In this document: positions 1 through 8,120 of the stretch, piece after piece
Position numbering within the stretch: the stretch's first letter is position 1
Layout: each line of letters starts with the position of its first letter
From: Bacillota bacterium
Lineage (GTDB): Bacteria > Bacillota > Clostridia > Acetivibrionales > DTU013
Length of the DNA stretch: 64,000 nucleotides
Assembly (NCBI GenBank): GCA_023435925.1
Contig: JAEZLF010000135.1
Span: forward strand, 6,768 to 70,767
Direction: 5' to 3'
Program-made: the position numbers and the translations under genes
The notes under the pieces: generated by a model
Seen by the model: only the letters and a program-made list of their open reading frames with translations
Database searches by the model: none
What the model was told of the DNA's origin: nothing

Positions 1-1284
1 GATATGAAGGGCAAGACGGATTATGAAGTAGAGAAGACGGATACCGGTTTAGCAGTTTATATTGGCGGAAAGAAGCCGAATACATTTGAGGTAACATTCG
101 CTTCGGACCAAAATAGTGAAACAGTTGCGTTTATCGTGAAGGATTATTCGAAGTATACAGTGAAAAGACTGACGGATCCGGAAAGGCTGATTGTGTACAT
201 ACCCAATGCCCAGTATGCCGGAACGAATAAACAGATCGAATTTGGCGGAAAGCAGGTTCAATCGATTCTATGCGGAGATTTTGATACCAAAGGCACAAAA
301 GTCACTATCCATCTGAACACCCAATCACAATACACGGTTACCGAAGAGGCAGGCAAACTGCTTTTGACGGTGAAAAAGCCTGAATTCAGAAATATTGAAT
401 ATCATAACAATGGCGACAGAGTCTATTTCATTTTGAATAATGCGATCCTTACAAAAGGCGATGAATTCCTTGAGAAGTTATATACAGGAACTTACGATGA
501 ATCAGGCAATAACTACACAATCACTTTTGAGACAGGTAGCGCAGATCTGGGAGATGGAGTATTGAGTATTAATGATCCTTATCTTAAGTCCTTTGAAGTA
601 ATGAACGATCGGGAGAAAAACACTACTCGCCTGATTTTTAACGGAACAGGAAAAAATACATATCTTGCATTTACCAGGAATGGTTCAGGGATAACAGCAA
701 TAACCATCATGAAACCGGCTGCTGATAAAGAAAAGCTTGTGGTGATTGATGCAGGGCACGGCGGAAAAGCTACCGGAGCCATTTACAAGGAGCTGACTGA
801 AAAGGAACTAAACCTGGACATTGCATTGCGACTCAACAAGTTACTCAAGGAAAAGGGTGTTAAAACATATATGCTCAGAACAGATGATACTGATATAGCC
901 AATTATGAGCGGGCATATATCGCCAATCACTTAAATGCAAGCCTGTATCTGAGTGTACATAATAATGCAATGGATAATAAAAACTACAGCGGTACAATGA
1001 CATTGTATTGCCCGTCTGATATTAACACCGGCTTTACAGGGAAAACTTTCGCCAATATCATTCAGCCGCTGATGGTCAAAGCATTGAAAACGGTTGACAG
1101 GGATGTAAGGCCGAGACCGGATCTCATTGTGCTCAAAGCGACCAATATGCCTGCGGCACTGTCGGAAGTTGCTTATATGACCAACAGTACAGATAGAAGT
1201 AATCTGCAGAAGGAGTCATTCAGACAGAAGGCTGCACAGGCGTTATGTGATTCCGTGGTGAAGGCACTGAAGCAGCTGAAGTAG
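1..1284 (+). CDS. N-acetylmuramoyl-L-alanine amidase (Amidase_3 domain), 5'-partial
   Basis: The frame-1 ORF is open to the window edge. The first Met (pos 4) is not followed by a signal peptide, so the N-terminus probably lies upstream. The C-terminal third has Amidase_3 hallmarks (VVIDAGHGG, LSVHNN, MPAALSEVAYMTN). Confidence 0.8.
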   Translation, partial: DMKGKTDYEVEKTDTGLAVYIGGKKPNTFEVTFASDQNSETVAFIVKDYSKYTVKRLTDPERLIVYIPNAQYAGTNKQIEFGGKQVQSILCGDFDTKGTKVTIHLNTQSQYTVTEEAGKLLLTVKKPEFRNIEYHNNGDRVYFILNNAILTKGDEFLEKLYTGTYDESGNNYTITFETGSADLGDGVLSINDPYLKSFEVMNDREKNTTRLIFNGTGKNTYLAFTRNGSGITAITIMKPAADKEKLVVIDAGHGGKATGAIYKELTEKELNLDIALRLNKLLKEKGVKTYMLRTDDTDIANYERAYIANHLNASLYLSVHNNAMDNKNYSGTMTLYCPSDINTGFTGKTFANIIQPLMVKALKTVDRDVRPRPDLIVLKATNMPAALSEVAYMTNSTDRSNLQKESFRQKAAQALCDSVVKALKQLK

Positions 1285-1344
1285 GGATGTTTTGTGGCAG
1301 GTCTATAGCAGCAAAAGCTAAATGTATAAATATCTCTAAAAAAA

Positions 1345-1380
1345 ATCAGTAGAATTTATCTATTCTACTGATTTTCTTTA
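1345..1380 (+). terminator. intrinsic terminator after the amidase gene
   Basis: Stem ATCAGTAGAAT (1345-1355) pairs with ATTCTACTGAT (1362-1372) and is followed by TTTCTTT. An A-run upstream could make it bidirectional. Confidence 0.6.
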
Positions 1381-1578
1381 GAGCTGTCATGTGGTAACAT
1401 TACTCATAGGCTTAGGATTAAGCTTCAGAAATAAGTAGATGTAGATTAGATGAAGATTTTGTAAATTGAAAACTGAATATTGAATATGAATTGGCAATAT
1501 ACTCGGGAAATACTAAATACCTTTGACGTTGTCCATAATTACCATAATAATGTAATTGTTGGTAGTTAGGAGGACAAT

Positions 1579-2874
1579 ATGAAAAGGTTTATTATTTTTT
1601 TACTGGTCATGCAGATTGTGTTGCTCTCAGCGTGTACATTCCCATTCGGTGGAAAATCTGAGGATCAGCCATCAGGAATTACTGAAGGTCAGGATATGGT
1701 CAAATTAGCAGATGGCGAAAATGATTACGATGAAGATTCCGATACAATGACCGGCGACTTATCAAATGGAACGGTGAACGCAACAACAAGTGAAGCAAAT
1801 ACCGGCACTATTCCGGAGGATATGGCTTCTACTTCACCATCGGGGGTATCAGGTGCAGCGATAACCTCATCTGTAACATCTTCAACCAACACATCTGATG
1901 AGAGTGAAGGACTGTCTGCAGAGCAGATAACCGATGACTTCGATGACAGTGGATCCGGTGTATTGGCTGAATCCATCCAAAGTGAATCGGATACGGAGTT
2001 TACAGAAGGCAGATACCCTGTTACAGTGTACTATCAGGATGGAGACGGATATCTTATCCCAATGACAAGATGGATACTATTTCAGCAGGGCGTTGCAAGA
2101 GCTGCTGTAAGTCTTGTGATTGATAGTGCGATTGCGCGGGAGGAAGTAGCATACTACGGTGTGTATCCTGTTATACCGGCAGATACGGAAATCTTAGGTA
2201 TAGACATAAAGGATGGAATTGCAACAATTGACTTTGACAGACATTTACTTGAATATAAGGACGCCGCATCCGAGAGGAATATCATGGCATCCATTATATA
2301 TACGCTTACGGAGTTTGAATCAATCCGTAAAGTACGTATTTTGGTCAATGGTTATCCTCAAAGTGTTTTGAAGTATGGAACAGATATTACGGAAGCATTG
2401 GGAAGAGAGAACATCACAATAAATACAAATGAGCCTTTGCTGGCTGAAAACCAAGACAAAGTAGATGTATTTCTTTTGAAAAAGGCCAATGAAGGCTTCA
2501 CCTATGTAGCACCTATTTCAGTGGATGCTTCAGATACGGGATCGGATCAGGCTGAAAAGCTTGTGAAACAGCTAATCAGTATGGACACTGATGACGGAAT
2601 GTTTAGTGAAGTTCCGGATGGAGTTGAGTTATTGGAATGCCGTACAAATAATGGAGTCCTGACTTTAAATTTTAGCGGCAATTTTACGGAGTACGGTGGC
2701 AATGCGAAGGAAGAAAGCATATTAAAGCAGCTTGCTTATACAGCCAGGCAGATTAAAGGGATCAGGCTGTTAAAGATACTGGTGGAGGGGCAAAAGGTAG
2801 AATTGCCCGAGGGGACGGATGTTTCCTCTGGATTGATGATCCCCGCCACCATTAATGATGTAATGGACAGATAG
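1579..2874 (+). CDS. gerM: GerM-domain sporulation/germination lipoprotein
   Basis: AGGAGG RBS. Lipobox LLSAC, a roughly 120-aa acidic S/T-rich linker, then two GerM-like repeats (YYQDGDGYLIPMTR..., VDVFLLKKANEGFTYVAPISV...). The order gerM-rdgB-phosphoesterase matches Bacillus synteny. Confidence 0.7.
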   Translation: MKRFIIFLLVMQIVLLSACTFPFGGKSEDQPSGITEGQDMVKLADGENDYDEDSDTMTGDLSNGTVNATTSEANTGTIPEDMASTSPSGVSGAAITSSVTSSTNTSDESEGLSAEQITDDFDDSGSGVLAESIQSESDTEFTEGRYPVTVYYQDGDGYLIPMTRWILFQQGVARAAVSLVIDSAIAREEVAYYGVYPVIPADTEILGIDIKDGIATIDFDRHLLEYKDAASERNIMASIIYTLTEFESIRKVRILVNGYPQSVLKYGTDITEALGRENITINTNEPLLAENQDKVDVFLLKKANEGFTYVAPISVDASDTGSDQAEKLVKQLISMDTDDGMFSEVPDGVELLECRTNNGVLTLNFSGNFTEYGGNAKEESILKQLAYTARQIKGIRLLKILVEGQKVELPEGTDVSSGLMIPATINDVMDR

Positions 2875-2912
2875 CAAAATTAGCAGAAACAACTAAAGAG
2901 GGATCAGACAAA

Positions 2913-3566
2913 TTGAGAAATAATGAGAATATACCGGATAAAAAGCGGATCAGGCTGATAGCAGCTACAAAGAACAAGGGCAAACTGGAAGAAATTGTGC
3001 AATTATTGGCCCATCTTCCGTTTGACGTTATTTCTATGACACAGGCCGGTGTTGAAGACGATATAGAGGAAAATGGAAGCACCTTTGAAGAAAATGCACT
3101 GATTAAAGCGAAAAACGTTTGGGAAATTACCGGAGATACAGTTCTTGCAGATGATTCGGGATTGGAAGTGGATTTTCTGGATGGAGCGCCGGGTATCTAC
3201 TCAGCACGATATGCAGGAGAAGGTGCTACAGATGCGGAAAAAAACAGGAAACTCCTTGATGCGTTGCGAAATGTACCGGCAGACAAACGAACAGCAAGAT
3301 TCGTATGTGTTATAGCTGTTATTTTTCCGGATGGCGGCAGCATAACAGTAAGAGGAACCTGCGAAGGTATGATAGCGTTTGAACCGGCAGGGGACAACGG
3401 ATTTGGATATGATCCGCTGTTCTTTGTGCCTGAAATAGGGAAAACAGTAGCTCAAATGAGTGCTGCATTAAAAAATAGCATCAGCCACCGTGGAAATGCT
3501 CTAAGAAAAATTACAGAGCAATTGGAAAAGTTTTGGTCTGATGTAGCTTGCAACTGCGGTTTGTGA
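2913..3566 (+). CDS. rdgB: XTP/dITP diphosphatase (Ham1/RdgB family)
   Basis: Family motifs IAATKNKGKLEE, ADDSGLEVD, GAPGIYSARY, FGYDPLF, SHRG. Confidence 0.9.
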   Translation: MRNNENIPDKKRIRLIAATKNKGKLEEIVQLLAHLPFDVISMTQAGVEDDIEENGSTFEENALIKAKNVWEITGDTVLADDSGLEVDFLDGAPGIYSARYAGEGATDAEKNRKLLDALRNVPADKRTARFVCVIAVIFPDGGSITVRGTCEGMIAFEPAGDNGFGYDPLFFVPEIGKTVAQMSAALKNSISHRGNALRKITEQLEKFWSDVACNCGL

Positions 3567-3587
3567 CAGAGTTTTACGGGGGTTATT

Positions 3588-4067
3588 ATGAAAATATTAG
3601 TAATAAGCGATACGCATGGAGATACAAGTAAGGCTGAAGAAGCCATAAGGTCCAATAAAGAAGTCGAACTCATCATCCATCTTGGTGACTATTTCCGGGA
3701 TGCACAGAAGCTGTCCGGTTTATTTCCCGGGATACCAATCGAATATATCTATGGAAATAGTGATTTCATGATTGATGATGTGCCAGCAGAGAAAATGCTG
3801 GATGTATGCGGAAAGAAAATTTTTATTACTCATGGGCACCGTTATTCCGTGAAATGGGATTATGAAAAGCTTTTTAAAAAGGCTGAGGAACTGCATGCAG
3901 ACTTGCTGTTGTTTGGACATACTCATATACCTGATATTATTCAAAGAGGCTATTATTATGTACTGAATCCGGGCAGCACCAGCGATCCAAGGGATGATTC
4001 CGACGAGTCCTATGCAATCATTGAGATCAAGGATGGCAAAGTAGCGCCAAGAATATGCTATTTGTAG
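3588..4067 (+). CDS. YfcE/MJ0936-type metallophosphoesterase
   Basis: Motifs ISDTHGD, HLGD, GNSD, THGH, GHTH. Follows rdgB as ysnB does in Bacillus. Confidence 0.85.
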   Translation: MKILVISDTHGDTSKAEEAIRSNKEVELIIHLGDYFRDAQKLSGLFPGIPIEYIYGNSDFMIDDVPAEKMLDVCGKKIFITHGHRYSVKWDYEKLFKKAEELHADLLLFGHTHIPDIIQRGYYYVLNPGSTSDPRDDSDESYAIIEIKDGKVAPRICYL

Positions 4068-4155
4068 GCATATAAAAGGGACGGAGGGACGGATAATCAC
4101 CGTCCCCTTCGTATGCTCGGCTAAAAAACACATTCGTTGTATAGAATGAGGCTTA

Positions 4156-5820
4156 CTAATCGCATTTCTTTTCGAAATTCTTGTGTCCGCCGGAAAGATT
4201 ATATACCTTCTTAAAGCCTTTGTTTATCAATATGTTTTGTGTTGCATTACCCGTTACACCTTTATTGCAGTAAGTGACAGTAAGGGCTTCCTTATCAAGA
4301 GAGTCGGCAGCAGCTCTCATTTTTTCCTGGGGAATGTTAATGGCACCTTCTACATGTGACTTCATATACTGACCTTCTGTTCTTGTATCAATAATACTTA
4401 TTTCTTCCCCATTTTCAATCTTCTCCTGTAACTCATGAGCAGTAATCAACTCTCTGTGACGGTTTATTGCGTTATCCAGAATCATGCCGGTATACATGAC
4501 AGGGTCCTTTGATGTAGAAAACGGCGGAGCATAAGCCAGATCCAGATGAAACAGATCCTCTGCTTTTGCGCCGAAGGTGAGGGCTGTGACAAATACATCG
4601 GTTCGTTTATCTACACCCGATTTACCGATGATTTGTGCCCCCAGCATCTTCCCCGTTTTTCTGTCTGCAACTGCTTTTATCAACATTTCACTGCCATGAA
4701 AGTAGTCAGGCTTGTCAGGTTTGATATTATGACAGACTTCTACATCATATCCTTCTGCAATTGCTTCTTTCTCGGTAAGACCGGTCTGAGCCACTGTTAA
4801 ATCGAAAATTCTGAAAATGCCTGTGCCAAGAATGCCTCTAAACTCCAGATCTTTTCCTGTGACCTGTTCGCCAACGATCCTGCCGGTTTTATTTGCGGTA
4901 GAGCCCAGTGGCCTGTAAAGCGGTTTTTGGGTAATCAGTGAGTAGCTTTCGGTACAGTCGCCGCAGGCGTATATGTCGGGGATGTTGGTTTGCATTCTGG
5001 TGTTTACTTGAATTGCACCTGTTGGCCCTATTGCGATTCCCGCATTTTTGGCCAACTCCACATTGGGCCTGATTCCGGCGGCAAGGACAACAAAGTTGGT
5101 GTTTATCACATTCCCACTTTTTAGAACAACTTTTCTGGCATCTGAATTTGCGGTCAATGAGCCACCTTCCAGCTTTACCACAGTATCATTTAGTACCAGA
5201 TTTACACCTTTATGCCTCAAATAGTCTTCCAAATAAATAGCGATATCTTTATCCAATGAGGCCATCACATGGTCAGCCATTTCAACGACAGTGACCTTTA
5301 TGCCCCTCGCAGTGAAGTTTTCCACCAGCTCAAGTCCGATAAATCCAGAACCCAATATCACCGCAGATTCTGGTCTGTTTTTTATGATGTAATTTCTGAT
5401 ATGATCGGCATTGACGACATTACGCAGGGTGAAAACATTGGGTCTGTTGACACCATCAATGGGAGGGATGACGGATCTGGCACCTGTGGCGATGACCAGC
5501 TTATCATAAGATTGGGAAAAGATCTGTTGTGTATCCATATTCTGTACAGTGAGAGCCTTATCGATTGGGTTTATATCCAGCACCTCATGACGTGTGAATA
5601 CGTCAACATTGTATTTTTTCTTAAAATAGACAGTATCTCTGGGCACCAACTGAGTTCTGCTCTCGATTTCTGTCCCGATGTAGTAGGGAAGGCCGCAGCC
5701 CGAATAGGATATGTCGCTGTCCTTATCATAGATGATGATTTCTGCATTCTCATCGTTTCTTCTCGCTTTTGCTGCAGCGGAAGTCCCGGCAGCTACACCG
5801 CCGATGATTACGATCTTCAT
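4156..5820 (-). CDS. CoA-disulfide reductase / NADH oxidase-type flavoprotein with C-terminal rhodanese domain
   Basis: FAD fold IIGGVAAG, redox Cys in SYSGCGLPYY, second dinucleotide fold ILGSGFIGLE. The C-terminal ~100 aa are rhodanese-like (TYCNKGVTG). Confidence 0.8.
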   Translation of the reverse strand: MKIVIIGGVAAGTSAAAKARRNDENAEIIIYDKDSDISYSGCGLPYYIGTEIESRTQLVPRDTVYFKKKYNVDVFTRHEVLDINPIDKALTVQNMDTQQIFSQSYDKLVIATGARSVIPPIDGVNRPNVFTLRNVVNADHIRNYIIKNRPESAVILGSGFIGLELVENFTARGIKVTVVEMADHVMASLDKDIAIYLEDYLRHKGVNLVLNDTVVKLEGGSLTANSDARKVVLKSGNVINTNFVVLAAGIRPNVELAKNAGIAIGPTGAIQVNTRMQTNIPDIYACGDCTESYSLITQKPLYRPLGSTANKTGRIVGEQVTGKDLEFRGILGTGIFRIFDLTVAQTGLTEKEAIAEGYDVEVCHNIKPDKPDYFHGSEMLIKAVADRKTGKMLGAQIIGKSGVDKRTDVFVTALTFGAKAEDLFHLDLAYAPPFSTSKDPVMYTGMILDNAINRHRELITAHELQEKIENGEEISIIDTRTEGQYMKSHVEGAINIPQEKMRAAADSLDKEALTVTYCNKGVTGNATQNILINKGFKKVYNLSGGHKNFEKKCD

Positions 5821-6118
5821 ATAAAACTCCTCCGATTCATAGTATAAATCAAAATGGGGTATTCCTCGGACTCCAGTCCTGTATGCTGGGGAAGCTTCTC
5901 GCTATGGTATTTACAGAAGCGTCCCCTCGCCTTGTGCGATGTCCCCTTATAATACATATACCCTTTATTGAAGTTTGTTAGCAATTATCCTATTAAATTC
6001 AGGTGAAAATATTTCAATTAAAGATCAGTGGCTGCAGGCACCACTGCACCTATGAGCATTGGAGGACAATAAAGCAGGAAGAATAGAAATAAATACTGCT
6101 TTACCTAAATTTGTAGAA

Positions 6119-6334
6119 TCAACTATGACTACAGCAACCGCCGCACTTATGAATGTTAGGGCATTCATTACTATTGGACCTTCTGGTTTGAATTATGTTA
6201 ACCTTTGAAAAGACAGCTTCCAATTCATCACTGCCGCATTTGGGGCACTTGATCTTCTTGTTTTCCCTGTCGCTCATGGAAGCCATAACATTAAATTCTT
6301 CTCCGCACTTGCATATTAAATCGTAAAATGGCAT
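6119..6334 (-). CDS. FmdB-family zinc-ribbon protein
   Basis: Pattern MPFYDLICKCGEEF...CPKCGSDELE. I place the start at ATG 6334 (AAGGGAGG 8 nt upstream) rather than the ORF-track start at 6418. Confidence 0.65.
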   Translation of the reverse strand: MPFYDLICKCGEEFNVMASMSDRENKKIKCPKCGSDELEAVFSKVNIIQTRRSNSNECPNIHKCGGCCSHS

Positions 6335-6604
6335 AAAATCAGCCTCCCTTATTGATATTGAACTATCTATTAGTTTATCATAAAGCATAGCTTTTTGCAT
6401 CTGGGAATCTGATTTCAACGTCAGTGCCTGCTTCGGGCCAGCTTTTGAAGGTTAGCCCATGTGATAATGGTGACAGTGGGGACGGTACAATTTTGACAAC
6501 TTGGGACAATGGGGACAGGGCAACAAGCGAGAAACATTAGCCTGTCGTAGTCTCCTACCGCCCTGTCGCATGTCACTGTGACTGCAGGAAATCTTGCAAA
6601 ACTA

Positions 6605-6633
6605 TTGACAAATGAATGTGAATATGGCAGAAT
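6605..6633 (+). promoter_or_regulatory. sigmaA-like promoter (TTGACA, 17 nt, TG-n-CAGAAT)
   Basis: TTGACA at 6605-6610, a 17-nt spacer, then TG at 6625-6626 and CAGAAT at 6628-6633. Confidence 0.4.
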
Positions 6634-6653
6634 ATTTCAAAAGAAAAAGCCAG

Positions 6654-6847
6654 ACACCGCCTGAAGGTGGATAATAAAAAGCAGCTTTGCTGCAAAAAAT
6701 TAAGGATGATTATACCACCTGAAGGTGGATAATAAAAGCAGCTTCGCTGCAATATTATAAGGGCGATTATACCGCCTGAAGGCGGATAATAAAAGCAGCT
6801 TTGCTGCATTAAATTAAGGATGATTATACCACCTGAAGGTGGATAAT
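6654..6847 (+). repeat. four tandem 57-58 nt units, each with one or two short hairpins
   Basis: Hairpin-1 cores CCRCC-TGAA-GGYGG lie at 6657-6670, 6715-6728, 6772-6785 and 6829-6842. Hairpin-2 GCAGC-TTY-GCTGC lies at 6681-6693, 6738-6750 and 6795-6807. Confidence 0.9.
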
Positions 6848-6921
6848 CGTAAGTGAGTATGCTTAAGAGACTAACTTGAGCAGCATAGGGGCGAAAGCCT
6901 TACACGCGGGATTACGACCTG

Positions 6922-6958
6922 CGGAGTCACTTTAATCGGTGATTCCGTGGGCTTTTTT
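6922..6958 (+). terminator. intrinsic terminator-like hairpin plus T6
   Basis: CGGAGTCAC (6922-6930) pairs with GTGATTCCG (6939-6947) in 8 of 9 positions. TGGGC then TTTTTT (6953-6958) follow. Confidence 0.5.
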
Positions 6959-7049
6959 ATTGTTGGAGTGCATCAGAATTTGGCCGCCAGGGCTTGTCAA
7001 GCCTTGATACTGCGGTGAAAAATTTATTATATATGGGGGAGTTGATCGT

Positions 7050-8120
7050 ATGCATGCAACGGATACCGGATTGGCTATTGAAGTTAGGAACCTAAAAAAG
7101 GTCTTTAGAGCGAAAACTAAAAAAGAAGGTTTCCGGTCTAGTCTGAGTTCTCTTGTCAAGCCTGAATACAAAGAAATTGAAGCGGTTCACGATATGGATC
7201 TGCAGGTTCACCGGGGTGAACTCCTCGCATTTCTTGGGCCGAATGGTGCAGGAAAGTCCACCACCATTAAGATGCTTACCGGCATTTTGCATGCGACCTC
7301 CGGAAGTATGTCCGTATTGGGATTTGACCCGCAGCAACAGAGAAGAAACCTCTCATTCCGGATAGGCAGCGTTTTTGGGCAGAAGTCGCAGCTGTGGTTT
7401 CATCTGCCGCCAATGGACAGCTTTAAGCTGCTGGGGGCGATCTATGAAGTAGACCGCACGGAGCTGGAACGGAGAATCAATGAAATTGTTGAACTGTTCG
7501 AAATTGGGGAACTCATGGAGATACCGGTCAGGAAGCTGTCTTTGGGACAGCGCATGAGATGCGAATTTGCAGCATCCATCCTTCACCGGCCGGAAATTAT
7601 CTTTCTGGATGAGCCGACAATTGGTCTGGATGTGCTGGTAAAGCAAAAAATCAGGGAGTTGATTGCCCGTCTCAATAAGGAGGAAGGGACCACAATATTC
7701 CTGACGAGCCACGACATAGGAGATGTAGAGCAGCTTTGCAGCAGAGCGGTCATTGTCAATCATGGCAGGATTGTGACGGACAGCTCCATAAAATTATTAA
7801 AATACGGATATCTGAATCGGAAGATTATTGATGTGAAATTTGACTCATTATCTGACCCGGGTAAACTGAGCGGGCTAAATGTACTTAAAACAAATGGTCT
7901 TTCCATGAAACTGGAGGTAGATGAGCGGGACGGTATACAGAATATCATGCTGCGCCTTATGCAGGCCGGCAGTATCCAGGACGTGACCATTTCGGATATC
8001 CCAATGGAAAAGATTATCGGTGATATATACAGAGATCAGGGGTTGGATAACCAATGTACGGATAACGGTATGAATGCCAAAGCGGGAGTAGAGCAAGATA
8101 AAGCGAGGTGTCAGGTGTGA
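7050..8120 (+). CDS. ABC transporter ATP-binding protein (ABC-2 subtype)
   Basis: Walker A GPNGAGKST, signature LSLGQRMR, Walker B IIFLDEPT. RBS GGGGGAG at 7035-7041. Confidence 0.9.
   Translation: MHATDTGLAIEVRNLKKVFRAKTKKEGFRSSLSSLVKPEYKEIEAVHDMDLQVHRGELLAFLGPNGAGKSTTIKMLTGILHATSGSMSVLGFDPQQQRRNLSFRIGSVFGQKSQLWFHLPPMDSFKLLGAIYEVDRTELERRINEIVELFEIGELMEIPVRKLSLGQRMRCEFAASILHRPEIIFLDEPTIGLDVLVKQKIRELIARLNKEEGTTIFLTSHDIGDVEQLCSRAVIVNHGRIVTDSSIKLLKYGYLNRKIIDVKFDSLSDPGKLSGLNVLKTNGLSMKLEVDERDGIQNIMLRLMQAGSIQDVTISDIPMEKIIGDIYRDQGLDNQCTDNGMNAKAGVEQDKARCQV

Larger units (their letters stand above)
6640..6958 (+). ncRNA. candidate structured RNA (cis-leader or sRNA), family not recognised
   Basis: Bounded by the promoter at 6605-6633 and the terminator at 6922-6958. 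Shows repeat hairpins with compensatory changes, a GNRA-capped helix GGGGC-GAAA-GCCTT (6888-6901) and no credible ORF. Confidence 0.45.

Noticed and set aside
4086-4106. Hairpin GGGACGG-ATAATCA-CCGTCCC between the convergent phosphoesterase and CoADR genes, considered as a bidirectional terminator.
   Set aside because: No clean T-run follows on the plus strand, and only a weak one (CTTTTAT, after an 8-nt gap) on the minus strand. The evidence is too weak to list as a feature.
6573-6809. 78-aa minus-strand ORF with an internally repeated peptide (SCFYYPPSGGII).
   Set aside because: The repetition is a translation artefact of the tandem DNA repeat. There is no RBS, and the G.U pair in unit 1 supports plus-strand RNA structure.
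6709-6830. A perfect TATAAT on the minus strand in repeat units 2-4 (plus-strand ATTATA), which could suggest multiple promoters.
   Set aside because: No acceptable -35 element lies at 16-18 nt (only TTTTAT). The hexamer is part of the AU-rich lower stem of hairpin 1.
6706-6846. Mini-ORFs ATG ATT ATA CCA CCT GAA GGT GGA TAA (MIIPPEGG) at 6706-6732 and 6820-6846 inside the tandem repeats. A Pro-Pro motif could suggest a stalling leader peptide.
   Set aside because: The only Shine-Dalgarno-like sequence (AAGGA) abuts or overlaps the ATG, leaving no spacer. The middle unit has GCG instead of ATG. The apparently synonymous changes (CCA to CCG, GGT to GGC) are equally explained as compensatory changes in the hairpin stem.
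6654-6847. Possible CRISPR array (regularly spaced short palindromic repeats).
   Set aside because: The inter-hairpin segments are themselves conserved between units, so there are no unique spacers. The period is 57-58 nt with only four units, and no cas genes are present in the window.
7004-7033. SigmaA-like promoter TTGATA-N17/18-TTATAT/TATATA directly upstream of the ABC ATPase gene.
   Set aside because: Not reported as a feature. The predicted transcription start (about 7039-7041) would remove the GGGGGAG ribosome-binding site (7035-7041). It remains possible, and it is discussed in the finding at 6605-7049.
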